Assembly: GCA_965644315.1 (NCBI GenBank)
Contig: CBFFRQ010000031.1
Location: forward strand, 558,001-622,000
Length of the DNA stretch: 64,000 nucleotides
Origin: Caecitellus pseudoparvulus
Taxonomy: Eukaryota > Protista > Bigyra: Bicosoecida
Direction of reading: 5' to 3'
Shown one piece after another: positions 49,801-61,300 of this stretch. Positions within the stretch are counted from its first letter, which is position 1. Each line of letters begins with the position of its first letter. A model generated the notes under the pieces. It made no database searches. It was not told where the DNA came from and saw only the letters and a list, made by a program, of their open reading frames with translations. Position numbers and translations under genes: made by a program.

Positions 49801-52800
49801 CGAGAGATAATTTCAAGGGGCATGATCCCAGCCCCCCCTGGGCTAATGAAGCAAGTCACTGACCCTGAGGAATTGCGGGCAGTCGGCACTTTCAATCCGT
49901 TCAACCTGCACTCGAGCTCGTCAAGACCGAGCCGAGCGGAACCCTCGACCACTACGTCAGCACCAGATTGACTCTTCCACTGGCTTGGACGAACCGTTAC
50001 AATGTTTTGACTCTTTTCGACGTGCAGCTTTCCTCGAGCAACCACGACGTTGCTGTGCCGGAGCGAGACGTTCACAAGCACCAAACCCGGAGGAAGGTCG
50101 GGCACAAGGCACGAAGCCACATGCTGGCCATGCCCATCAACCCGCTTCACCATTCCACTGTCCTCGTGAAGGAAAGAAATCGAGAGCTGTTTCTGGGAAC
50201 CGAGAGCAGGCGGCAGCCGAACGAAGACTCGGGCAAAGCCACCAGAAGGCGAGGACCTTGGGACAATTTCTGCGCTGTCAAGTGCAGATACTACGGCAAG
50301 GGGAAACCTGAAAGCTGAACAAGAAAGCACAATAGATCTCTCAAGGCTGTCAGTTGAAGGAGTTGGTGCAGCGACTTCACACTGCACCTGGCTCGTGTTC
50401 TGCATCACCACCCTGGCCTCGCCCCCCTCCAACCTACACCCACACTCAGGGCCCAAATTTGACCCATACACAGTCACCACTGATGGCACACCCGCTACTA
50501 CAGCCGAGGGGACCACATGACTCACTGTAGCTCCCGGCACAACTTGCAGTGTCACGGGGCCGGAGCGCACGGACGGCGCGACGCTCACCGACACATTCAC
50601 GGCGCCTTCACGGAGTTCGAATGGGGCAACACAGAGCACTGATGAGTCCGTCACATTCACTGCAGGGAAGGAAAACCCGTCAAACCAGCACGTCGTATCG
50701 GCCTCCGCCGCGCCCGGCGCTCGAAGGGCTGTGCCGTGCACCCACACCACCCTGCCCCGCCCCTGCTGCACTCGCCGCGGGTCCACCACACCAATCACCG
50801 GACGGTCAACGCTGCGTATCGCTTGACCCTGTGCAAGCACCTGGTCGTCGACCCACAGTGATATTGGGTGATGCCCTGGGGGCAGGGCCGGCACGCTGAC
50901 AGAGAGTGCGGATGCAGATACCCAGGTTGGGTGAAGGGTGAGGGGCCGGGTAGCGTTGATGCGCACAAGAAGGTTGGGGACTGGAGGGAAGGGGCCTCCG
51001 ATGATGCGGAGGATCTGCGGAGACTCGCTAGCAAAGGAGTTTGGGACTATGCCCAAGTGCGTGGGGGGGTCCAAACCAAACAATGTTGCAGCGTGCATCA
51101 TGTTTGGCATGCACCCTACCTGCACTTGCAGCTCACTAAGTGGCACTGCCTGAGTCGGAAGGATGCAAGTCGCCTGCTTACCCGACATGGCTGCTGTTTC
51201 CTTCCAGCCAGTCTGGGGCAGGCCGCATGTCAATGTGCACTGCGGGTCGTGCGCGAGCGTGACTTTCAAATGAGTGCTAGACGTGCGGACGAAGAATAGT
51301 GGCTCTACATGCACGATAATTAGGGCTCCGAAGAATTGAAGCGGTGCTGTAGCAATCGAGCGCCCGTTTTGTTCAACACTAATGTTTGATGCGCTAGTCG
51401 GCTCAGACGAGAGGAGACAGCGTAAAGTGCTGCTTGTGGATACCATGGCAGGCGTGCACAGGGCCTCGACGCAACAATCAAGTTGCAAGCCAAAATCCAC
51501 CTTCCCCTCAAATTCTACTTCAACAACAAGCGCTGATTGAGGTGTTGTGTTGGCGAGGGCTGAGGCTCGCACTATCTCCGGGCGAGGGAGCACGCGTAAG
51601 AATGCTGACGTGCCGTACGCTGTCATGCCCTGGCCCACATCGACAAACACTGGAAACACACCTGGTTCTGAGACGTCTACACTACACATCATCGATGTAG
51701 AGTTTATCAGTGCCATGTCCCACGAACGGCTTGATCCCGTCCAGCACTCCGGCGATCCCCCAGCATCCAGTGCCTGGCCTGTCACGTGGATCCAAACCGC
51801 TGAGCCAGCAAACACCGTGCTTGGAAAAACTGACCTCAGCTCCGGCTCAGGATATACTTGGAGAAAGAAAAATAATGCTTCTGTCCCTGAAGCACACTCA
51901 ATCGCAAGCTCAACTTGACTCATGAGAGCGGGCGCAGCGACTTCACACTGCACCTGGCTCGTGTTCTGCATCACCACCCTGGCCTCGCCCCCCTCCAACC
52001 TACACCCACACTCAGGGCCCAAATTTGACCCATACACAGTCACCACTGATGGCACACCCGCTACTACAGCCGAGGGGACCACATGACTCACTGTAGCTCC
52101 CGGCACTACTTGCAGTGTCACGGGGCCGGAGCGCACGGACGGCGCGACGCTCACCGACACATTCACGGCGCCTTCACGGAGTTCGAATGGGGCAATACAG
52201 AGCACTGATGAGTCCGTCACATTCACTGCAGGGAAGGAAAACCCGTCAAACCAGCACGTCGTATCGGCCTCCGCCGCGCCCGGCGCTCGAAGGGCTGTGC
52301 CGTGCACCCACACCACCCTGCCCCGCCCCTGCTGCACTCGCCGCGGGTCCACCACACCGATCACCGGACGGTCAACGCTGCGCACCGCTTGACCCTGTGC
52401 AAGCACCTGGTCGTCGACCCACAGTGATACTGGGTGATGCCCTGGGGGCAGGGCCGGCACGCTGACAGAGAGTGCGGATGCAGATACCCAGGTTGGGTGA
52501 AGGGTGAGGGGCCGGGTAGCGTTGATGCGCACAAGAAGGTTGGGGACTGGAGGGAAGGGGCCTCCGATGATGCGGAGGATCTGCGGAGAGTCACTGGGTA
52601 CAGCGCTTGGCGACACTTGAATCCCTAGCTTTCGTCGTACGATGTTGATGCTTTGAGGCAGCCCTTGGAGGGTTCCGCACGCTACGTTGGCCCAAGCCTG
52701 CCCCCCAGCGCACGATTCAAGCCATGAAGGAAATTTGCATGACCAATGGTTTGGTAGGAGCGTCTTGGTGCAGTTGGATGCTCCAAAGTTGCACGATGGC

Positions 52801-55800
52801 GAGGCGATCTCAACTCTCACATCGGCCTCTGAGCAGTCAACTGCGACAGTTAGTGACGCTGAGGAGTGCAAAACAATGACGGGGCCTTGGAACTTGGGCT
52901 GTAATGGCCGCGAAGACTTAGTAGCGATTGGAGCTCCCAAGAAGAGGAGGCTAATTGCATGGTGCTCGTGCCCAGCATGGCTCAAACATCGAGCGGAGGA
53001 GGGAGACACCACTGGTGAAGTCCTGATCTCTGCTTGCTGACACTGAAGCAGCCCTGGCTTTCCCACGCCACTGTAATCGGCAACAAACTCTACCCCTTGG
53101 CGATCATGAGAGGTTTGAAAAGGCAAGGACTGCAAGATGCGGGGAGGGGGGACCACGACAAGTGGTTCATCGAGTTGTCCACCAGGACAATCCGCAACCA
53201 TGCGCCAAGCTCCAGCTTCAAGTGGATGAATGCTGGCGCAAGAAGCTTCAAATTGGGAGCTGATGAAGTGGCCTGCAACTGAGCGGTCTTCAGTTTGAAA
53301 TTTGCATCTGTCGCAGGTCTCTGTCGCTGGAGCACAGACCTTGCAAGGGATTTCTGTCGAACAAATGCGTGGGGGTACCGGACTTCGGCTTTGGACTGCT
53401 TGCTCCACAAGCACAGCCTCAGCAGATATATGTCGAGAGAAGCCTTCATCATACGATGTCCAAGGTGTTACCCAGGTTGCAGTGGCGTCCTTGCTTCCCT
53501 CGTCCAGAGTAACGGAACAGTGGGCAGATCTGCCGCCAAGAGCCAGAACTGGATACCCAAGCAGTGAAAACCTCGCTGTGTCCACACCGCACCACACTGA
53601 AGCAAAAAAGGTTGCAGCGTCGAAGAATATCGGAAATTTTACAACCCCGCTGCTGTCTCTTACTGTCAGCTCTTCAGTGTCGGGTGCGTTAAGAAAAGAC
53701 ACTGCTGCCGTCTCCGTTGCAATACCACTGCTCAGCCCGGCCACCTCGCCAACTCGAGCTGAGCACCATGAAGCGTGGAACACCTGAACTTGGCAGAGCA
53801 AGCCTGGAGTCTTGAAAAGGGCTATCGCCGGGGCGGTGGTCACTGTGCCGTGAATGTTAAGTACACACTCCCAGGCCGACCTGTTCGGTAGTGGCTCCGC
53901 GGTCCGCAGGAAGAGCGACTCGCCTCGGCCGCAAGAGACATGCACGTCTCTAGCTCGTAAAGGAATAAGATTCAGTGGCGGAAGCCGCATGGCTGGGCTG
54001 CGAATGGAATGAGAAAGTCCAACTTTGACCCCCTCCGCTCCTAGCATGTCAGAGCGATCCACGTTGCACTTCATCGTCTGGTCCTTGACCTCAAATATCG
54101 GAGCCACCCCCCCTGATCCTAGCAGGCACATCAACTCACTCCAGACTGAGCTGTGGATGCTTTTCATGTCAACTCCATGAACCGTCAGCTCGACCATTGC
54201 CAGGATTGGGACAGGCCGCAAGCTGACAGAGGCATGCTTGACGGCGCTTGCTAAGCCAACAAGCACGACCGCGCCCATTTCAATGTCCAGATTGAAAGAC
54301 GGAAGGTGAAGAGTCAAGGAATGCTCCCCAGGGGATAGTCGATCGCCCTCGCACACAATGACTGCGTCTGTGGAGTTTGCAACGCTGAACCCCATCTGCA
54401 CCCCTCCGAGCTGAAACTGGGCACCTTGCGCCAGCTTCAAGGGCTCAGAGCTTGTAAAAGTGACGAAAATAGCTGACACAGCGTCGCTTGATGCAACGAT
54501 CGGGAACACCCTGCGGGGCTCTGGAGCTTTAACTTGCTGCCCCACCGCCCACGAAGAGACTGCTTGGCCGGCATGCAGCAGGCGGAGCTCATGCGCAGGT
54601 GCACAGACATCTGGACAAGCGCAATGATGCCACTCTGACCTCGGGTTCACTACTAGCAAAGTCTCTGCGCCGCTCCTCCACTTGCAGGTTAGATTGCCGA
54701 TGCTGGACCACGGTGGCTGAAACGGAAGCCGAACTGAAGCTACCGGTGCTGCTCCAGACATGATCAAGACATCCAGCTCTTCAGCGGCTGTGAAAACATA
54801 AACGGAGACTTTACTCGTTCTTGACTCAAGCAAAGCCTCACCAGTCCTCAGGTCCACAGAGTTTCCCTTGAGGAATCGGCAAGGAGACAGTCCGTGCTGC
54901 TGTGCTGCACACTCAAGATGAACAGAGGTGTGGTTTTGGTTTAGGGTCATCGCGACAGGTAGCATATGCGAGGCGGAATCTTGGAAGCGCACCAAAGCTC
55001 CTGACGCTGAAATGTATATCACAGAGTCTGCAAGGTGCCCGAACGTCAACTGGCGCAGTGTCACTGACGGAGATGCTGGTGGTGTGGCCGGGAGCCCGTT
55101 AGGCCAAGCAAGAGCAATGTCGTAAAGCTGAGACGAGGTGGGCTGGACTGGATCAAAACGGCACTGGACATGCATAGCGTCAATTGTGACGTTGCTTCTG
55201 ACAAACCCGCTCTGCAAGCAGCGGAGGTACCTCCAGTTTTCATCCAGCGGATGCCGCTGCAGCACCCAGGAGACCTTGCACCCGCTAGCTGTACACATTG
55301 CCGACGGCTGAACAGCAGGGAGGCGATCAGTGAACGGTAAATGCACACTCTTTGAGGCCCCTTTGGCCGGGCTCATGCCACACGATATCGAAAACGCGGC
55401 CCTCGTCGCAGTGCTTCCCAGAGCACCTGCCGGCACCAGGCAGCTTGCCTTCGACCTATTGCCCCCTTGCACAGCGACAGTACTCCAAGTTAAATGAGCG
55501 GTCTCAAACGTGCAAGTGATGCTGCTTGTGCAACCTGGTGCCTCTGGGGAGAAAATCACCTTGCTGGGGGCATTTCTCCATAGGTAGAACGGTGTTACGC
55601 CGCTAAATGAAGGGCGTTGAGGCTCACGGAGGCTTCCGATGGGAGACTTTGTTCGAGCATGCATGCCAGCAATACTCCCCCCCGATATCGAAGGAAAGCT
55701 GCTGTGATTGTCTGCTGCCTGGCTGGAAAACGCTCCACCTGACCGTTTGGCAGCCCGAGTGGCCACCCCCAAGGATGCTTCGTGCGCAGTCCCTGAAGGA

Positions 55801-58006
55801 GATACCAGAGATTGAAGACTGGAGGTTGCCACTTGACCCAAGGATGCAGGTTGACTCTCATTATCCATGGTTGAGATTGGCACAGCCATTGACTGAAGTC
55901 CGGCACCCTGCTCGATGTACAGTGTCGCTGCCGGGGAGTCGGTGGGCAATGGACACGCTACCTTGAGTCCATCACCTGGCACGCGAATCCCAGGAACCTT
56001 GAAAATTTCGCCACCTGTGTGTGTCGAACCTATGCATATCACATCTTGCCTTTGATCCAGTGGTCGCCTCAGATCCAGCAACATGAAGTTTTGTTGGTTC
56101 GCGTCCGAAACGACGGTCGCGCTCATCACACTGGGGGAAGCTCCAGCGCGCACGAAACCTGACACTGTACGCGGAGCATCTTTTGCCGGACCATTATCAT
56201 CCATTGCTGATAGCGAGAATGACCAAATGCTCTCGTTGGTCGTGGAGCTGATGTCCACCAGCAGGTCCGTCTCGCTAGCCTGGCCTGTGATGGCACTTGG
56301 GTTGCCTGTCAGAACCAATGACTGTGGCAGCAAGGTGGAGGCCGCCAAGAGTGGAGTTGATGGGGGTGCAAACCGAACAGGTCCTCTTCGCACAGTGGTG
56401 TTCAGTGTCACCGTTGCTGATGACACACTCCGCCATGGAACCACAGGACCGGGGTGCGAAGCGACCGTCAAGCGGGACGGGTAGCTGACAGGACCTGGCT
56501 TGAAGCTGCTGACAGAGATTCTTGCACCAAGTAGATCTAGGAGTGTTGAACTCAACCCATAGTTTGGTTTTGTACTGAGCACCCACGGCTCCAAGCCTTG
56601 CGTAAGGTGAACCCCAACGTTGCTTGCGCAACTAACGAGAACAGTGAAGGTACCCCTACTGGCACAAGGTACCCGCTCGCAAGCTAAGCTAGCACCAATA
56701 AAACTAGCTTGAAATAGGTGCACTCTGGACCTGAATGCCTGTTGGATTCCGGAGAGGATGGCGGGCTCTGGCCAGCTCCCTTGAACGTCCAGTGTGAAGC
56801 TGTGAATCACTTCTCCGTCGCATGCTCTTGTAGCGCAAGCCCGGAACTGCTCAAGAGTCAGAGAACACTCACCACTGACACTTGCAGGGACAGTGATGCG
56901 TCGAGTTCGCCTTTGCAGCCCTGCTGAGTCGCACGATGCTTGTCCCTCACAATCTCCCCAGCCACCCCACAACCCCACACTGCAGTTCCGCACACAGCCC
57001 CCAACGCTATTGTTCGGCTCCATCACTCCCCCAGAGAGACTTGTAAAAGGTGGTAGATGTGTAACACATCCGTTTGGAAGAAGCTTTTCTGATGTGCCTG
57101 CTCTGCAGGCCTCAGAAAGAGGGACAGAGTACGTGACAGAGGCATTGAGACACAGGCGCACAGTGCAGAGGTGGCTCCTCCAAAAGCTCTCATCGACTCG
57201 ATTGCAGCGATTCTCAAGCTGCCGACCTCCAATTACGGTCGGCTGTTCACGTTCCTGAGGAGTGAGTTCGAACTCCTTCCCTTGAGAGTCAACGACAGGG
57301 TCCGCTTTCACAGCAGAGAGCAAGAGCTCGCGCACTGTCCAGGCCTGTGCAGCCTCCATGTCCAACACTTGAGGGCTTACCGCTGCAAGGTCATGGTCTA
57401 GGCAGTGGGACGTGCTGGCAGCGCACCCGCTCAGCGTCTGCAGGCTGCCCTCCCTGCCTTGTACCAGAGAGGCCAGGTGTCCAAGAGCGTGTGAGCTGGC
57501 GTTCACCCCAAGCGGCCTGAGCAGAGCGGTGGTGTGCGAATGCAACATAAGCACAGTGACACTTCCTAAAGAAACACTCAGACCCACCAGTGAACGAGAA
57601 TCCAGGTTGGCGGCAACAACGGCGCAACCTTTTTGAAGACGCTTCCTGCACCGTCGACTTCAGGCTCGGCAAGCACTTGGAAGAGTGCTTTGCCACCCTG
57701 CATCAGTGCTGCTTGTTTTGCATCAGCATTGAGTAGAATCTGATAGAAGCGTGGGTGATACGTTGCGTGCTCCTGAGGGCTATGGCTCACGAGCACACTC
57801 ACCAGTGACGCAGGTTGCGGAATTTGCTTGCTCAAAGCAGCGCGGTGCTGAAGCAACTGAGGGCTGGATGCCGATGCCACATCGGAAAAAACCACAACAG
57901 GGGGCAGAAAACCCCTAATAGGCTGTAGGAGGTGCTCCGAGTCTCCCTTTCCGAGCTGGCACCCACACCAGAGCAGCACGAGCGCGAGTGCGCGTTTCAA
58001 GGCCAT
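22872..58006 (-). CDS. Giant (~11,700 aa) secretory-pathway multipass membrane protein: signal peptide - TSP1 - IPT/TIG array - EVQ-type repeats - IPT - GCC2/GCC3 Cys-rich repeats - ~9-11 TM - cytoplasmic tail
   Basis: An 11,571-codon stop-free frame at 57587-22872. An upstream exon from ATG 58006 encodes a signal peptide (MALKRALALVLLWCGCQLGKG). Two frame-compatible short introns can join them: 57587-57517 or 57651-57566. Domain motifs are listed in the sub-features. Confidence 0.9.
24810..26460 (-). other. Multipass transmembrane domain (~9-11 helices) of giant protein
   Basis: Hydrophobic segments run from FGVYFVLFVMVGGFINIIGLAVFAA to VLFGVILLFTWGLGYIAM, separated by charged loops. Conserved-looking motifs include ELAHGWKLFEYMSYHNWRF and CFSSQFYF. 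Confidence 0.85.
29250..31630 (-). repeat. GCC2/GCC3 (ephrin-receptor-like) cysteine-rich repeats of giant protein
   Basis: About 20 CPxG(Y/F/H/T)(F/Y)C units: CPSGHFCP, CPRGTFC, CPKGTYQ, CPVGYFCP, CPAGFVC, CPQGHFCPEGT, CPEGYICP, CPAGYYC, CPKGFYCPVGT, CPPGSF, CPAGFFCPTGT. Confidence 0.9.
31650..34400 (-). repeat. Membrane-proximal, well-conserved IPT/TIG domains of giant protein
   Basis: SLSPPSGPVSGGTLVAITG, LSPSSGPMGGKTLINIQGRGF, LSPHHGSLRGGTPVLVTGSGF and LTPPQSWSTGGHTIVVKGANF, with unit ends VSMNGQNFS, VSGNGKDFT and ISNNGLDFT. Confidence 0.85.
35550..40500 (-). repeat. Block of EVQ / GG-F-x-L...T..L...A-S-A..V..AL..L repeats within giant protein (interrupted by a few IPT units at ~36200-37150)
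   Basis: PEVQELIV; PKVQRIALQANSTILGGAFSLRWGGTSSQNLTLPLQADSLQSALRQIPG...YFVTF; GSLAFRLGGKSSAAFPVGASPEAVRDALLGVPGV; FQVTVGDYTTRALSPLSSSFDIEQELMGLQGVGPVRV; GAWRLEVGEATSPLLSVDAPAHKVRGAI; GGNISLRLGQEERNVSWNASSHEMRRA. Confidence 0.7.
40750..55600 (-). repeat. N-terminal array of divergent IPT/TIG (plexin/fibrocystin-like Ig-fold) domains
   Basis: Recurring ~90-100 aa units, e.g. IWSVLPRSGSILGGNRVLV...CWFG...VECVAP, VSSFEPRVIRVG...IYGSNF...C.IG...LYC...VGISINGKQFS, and IESVQPAVIPAG...VKGENF. Boundaries are approximate. Confidence 0.75.
50368..52589. repeat. 656-bp near-identical direct repeat pair (50368-51023 and 51934-52589) inside giant gene
   Basis: Direct comparison by eye gives an offset of 1566 bp (522 codons, in frame) and about 6 substitutions. 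Both copies encode SPQILRIIGGPFPP...SQVQCEVAA. Confidence 0.95.
56818..56990 (-). other. Thrombospondin type-1 (spondin-type TSP1) domain within giant protein
   Basis: NCSVGLWGGWGDCEGQASCDSAGLQRRTRRITVPASVSGECSLTLEQFRACATRAC shows the WxxWxxC...C..G...RxR...C...C...C pattern. Confidence 0.85.
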
Positions 58007-58360
58007 GCGTTTCGCTTCCCACGCCTGCACAGAAGCAGAACCCTCCTATCGACAAAGGCTTTGAGGAGAGGCATGCAAAGTAGATATTCCGATTAAATCA
58101 AAGCCTGATGCAGAACTGGCACTGCAGTTGTGAGGTCTGCACTACATCGTCGCTTTGCGAGGGGGAATGTATTGGCTGTGTAGCTGGTGTGCACGGGCCG
58201 TGCTTAAGGATGTGCGGTGAAAATAGCGCAGAAATAGCTTGATCGCCATCCAGCACCCGAAACATTCCTTCCAACGGGGAAGCAGACCTGGAAGTCGTGA
58301 TCACTGGCAATGTATGAAGCTTGGCATGGCCGCTTCTGTGCAGAACTCGAACGGACACAC

Positions 58361-61300
58361 TCACTCCAGCTCGGAGGGTGAAGCCGTTGCAATGAGCAGC
58401 GCAGCGAGAGCCTCCAGCTCACTGGAGCAGGTAGGCAAACTCTGTTGGGCCTTCTTAGCCTGCCGCTTGATAGCTGCAGAACACTGTGCAGATGCGCGGG
58501 ATAGGAAGAAGTGGAGGAGCGGCTCCACTTGGACGAACCCTTCGTGCATGTCCTGCTCGTCGTCATCAAATCCTTTCGCAGCATGAATCTGCCCACACAA
58601 TCGGGAAGAAACTTTCACGGGGGCGTCCCAAGTCTCGGCCTCGTCAGTGGCTGTCGCCAGCAGAATGGCAAGCGCGACCATTGCCTCTGGGGCTCCGACA
58701 AGGCGCAACTCTTGCTCTGAGGTACTGAAGGGAGCACAGACTTGTTTGCTACTTCCTTGCTGAAGTAAGAACACTGAGAAGTCTGCGAAATTGCCAACTG
58801 CTTCCAGCTCGCCTTGGGCGCTCATGGTTTTCCCGCGAATGCTGGCGAGGAACGTGCCAGCGCCAAGTAGCACAGCACGAGCACACAAGCGCACATTCTC
58901 TTCTGCAGCTGAAGCAAACAGTGGCAAGAATACTGAAAGGGCCTGCTTTCCGCGGACTTTAGCCGCTTCAGATGCTTTGGAAGCCACCGAGCCCGCCTTG
59001 GCATCCTGACATTGCGCAGTCGGCAAGCAAAAGTGGCAAAGCAGTTCAGACAGCAGCGTGACAAGCACATCAGGATGCTGAATCTTCCCGACAAACATTG
59101 CCTTTGCAAGCCCTTCAGCAGCAATTGTTTGCATGGGTGTAGAGGCAGCGGAGCCAGCCTGAAGTACGCTCCCCAGCAGCTGGAAGATTGCGATGGGAGT
59201 CGAGCAGGCCGGGGGACCCTGAAGGAACCCACAATCCAGCCCTTGGCATGCCTCAAACGCAGATGTTGGCATGGCAACGACCCAATCGCTCATAACTTGA
59301 AGCGCATTCACTCGCACCAGATCTTCTTCGTGGCAGCTTGCCTCTCGGATGGAACCAAGATGCAACGCTACGAAGTCTGCCTGCACATTCTGAGATGCTC
59401 TTGTTGGTTGAGGGAGCAGTGCGTATAGTCCCACACACCGAAGGCCCAGCGCTTGAATGGCAGCACCGCCCTTCAATGCAGGGACTGCCACCGCGTTTAC
59501 TGCAGCTGACACGTCAGTGTGGTCAATGGCCACCGGGCATTCAGACAGCAAAGCCGCAAGGGTGTGCAGCGCCCGAACCCATAAGTCATCGCGCTTTGCT
59601 GAATGCTGCGAGATACAGGCTTGCTCGGCGAGTCCAAGAACACACTCCGCTACCCTTTTAGCACAGACGGTGGCACCCTGAAGTGCCAGCTCACAACGAA
59701 CAAGCCGCTGGATAACGGCGCCTCCTGGGACCGGCGGTCCAGTCCCAGAAGACGATAACGTGTAAGAGCTTGTGCTCCAGCATTGTTGCACAGCATGGCC
59801 ACATGGCTCAGGTGCACCGAACAAGATCAAGCTGAGCAGCTCCCCGCCGGCTGAAGCCTCGGTAGCCTGAATGTGGCCGAGCAGTGAGAGAGCAAGTGCG
59901 GAGAAGCGCTCAACTCCAACAACATCACATGTGTCTTTTGACTCGGCCAGCTGCAACAAGTACTGAAGGACCTGCTGACTCTCCAGAGCTAGGGACAAGT
60001 CCTCCTCCTCGCTTTCGCCTCGCTGAGCTGCACAGACGTCAAGAATTAGCCGGCACACCTCTGTCAAAGAGGGAGACAGAGCATCCAGCAGTGCCTCTGC
60101 TTGGCTGGGAGACAGGCTCTGTGAGTCACCTCGCACGATTGCCGTCAGCCAACGGCACCTGGTGCTCCATGCTGCTGCCACGGGCGCTGAAAGGTCAGAA
60201 CCAGCCAGCGAAACAGCCGCGGCAGCTTCCCTTTGTGATGGAGGGCAACCCCACGGCGTAAACGCCGCAATCTGCTGAAGACCCTCCCATCGATCACGCG
60301 GGGGAACTTGACACCCCATCGTGGCATTGGGATCTTCAGCAGCTGCTCGATCCAGCGGCCGTAAATAGCCAGAGGCAAACTCAGGCAATGGTGTGCGGGA
60401 GTCAACGGCGTTGCTGACAGGGGCGACAGAGGCAGCAGCCAGGTAAAGCACCTCCAGGGCTTTGCAGCCCATCTCGTAGTTCCCCTCAAGCTGCAGCAGT
60501 TGCAAGAAGCCAGCTGCATCCCAGCCGCACGATGCGGCCCACGCAGTCAGCATTGAGGCCACCGACGCATGAACTTGACTGACACGATCAGCCATTCCTA
60601 CACAGCAAAGAAATACCCTGTCATCTGCCGTGAGGGCGGTCGGATTTACCTTCTGTTCCACGATTCGGAACGCTGCAGCCCGAACGTCTGGGGAAGTGTC
60701 CTGGACGCGCTCCAAGATGTGCTTGATGGTGCTGTGGGAGACCACAACAGCATCCAGAGCTGCAAGCCTTGCTTGTCTGCGAAGAAATAAGAACCATGCG
60801 TGTGGTGCGAAGCCTGTTCGCTGTGGTGCGGGATTCTCTCACGGTGAGGGGTCCAACTGCATAGCAGCGCACAGGCGCGCTGTTATCTCGCAGGAGGGGT
60901 CGCTGGCATTCTGCAAGCGTTGAAGTGCGCGGATGGCGGCGGAGCGAACGCCGACAAGCTTGTCTTTGCTCCTGATCAGCATCGCCTCGGTGAGGCTCGA
61001 CCAAACATCTTCTCTGTGTGAGATAAGGGACTCTGGGCCATGCTTGCCTGTTGCAAGACGTGCTCGTTGCAAAACTCACGGAAAGTCTGCCTCATCTGAC
61101 AGGACACCAAGAATGCCTGAAATGATTGTACAGCACCGAAGACGTACAGCCTTGTCTTTGCAGCTGGACAGGGGGGCAAGACACTGTGCAGGGACGGCAG
61201 CAAGCGTTACGAGTCTAACGGGTGAAACGCCGATTCGCGCGCAAGCATGCACCTGCAGCAACGCAAGCCCTAGGGCGTCATCATGGCCGCCATCGAAAGT

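Noticed and set aside
50368-52589. Direct repeats as LTRs of a retroelement
   Set aside because: Both copies and the spacer are in-frame IPT-coding sequence. There are no TG...CA ends, primer-binding site, target-site duplication or gag/pol.
22872-57587. Giant ORF as a PKS/NRPS, dynein, or endogenous giant-virus/virophage insertion
   Set aside because: No KS/AT/A/C, AAA, capsid, integrase or polymerase motifs, and no terminal repeats. It has a signal peptide, a probable spliceosomal intron and ordinary host neighbours at normal spacing.
23034-57636. Numerous 60-300 aa ORFs overlapping the giant gene on either strand
   Set aside because: Expected by chance opposite or within a long GC-rich CDS; none shows a domain signature.
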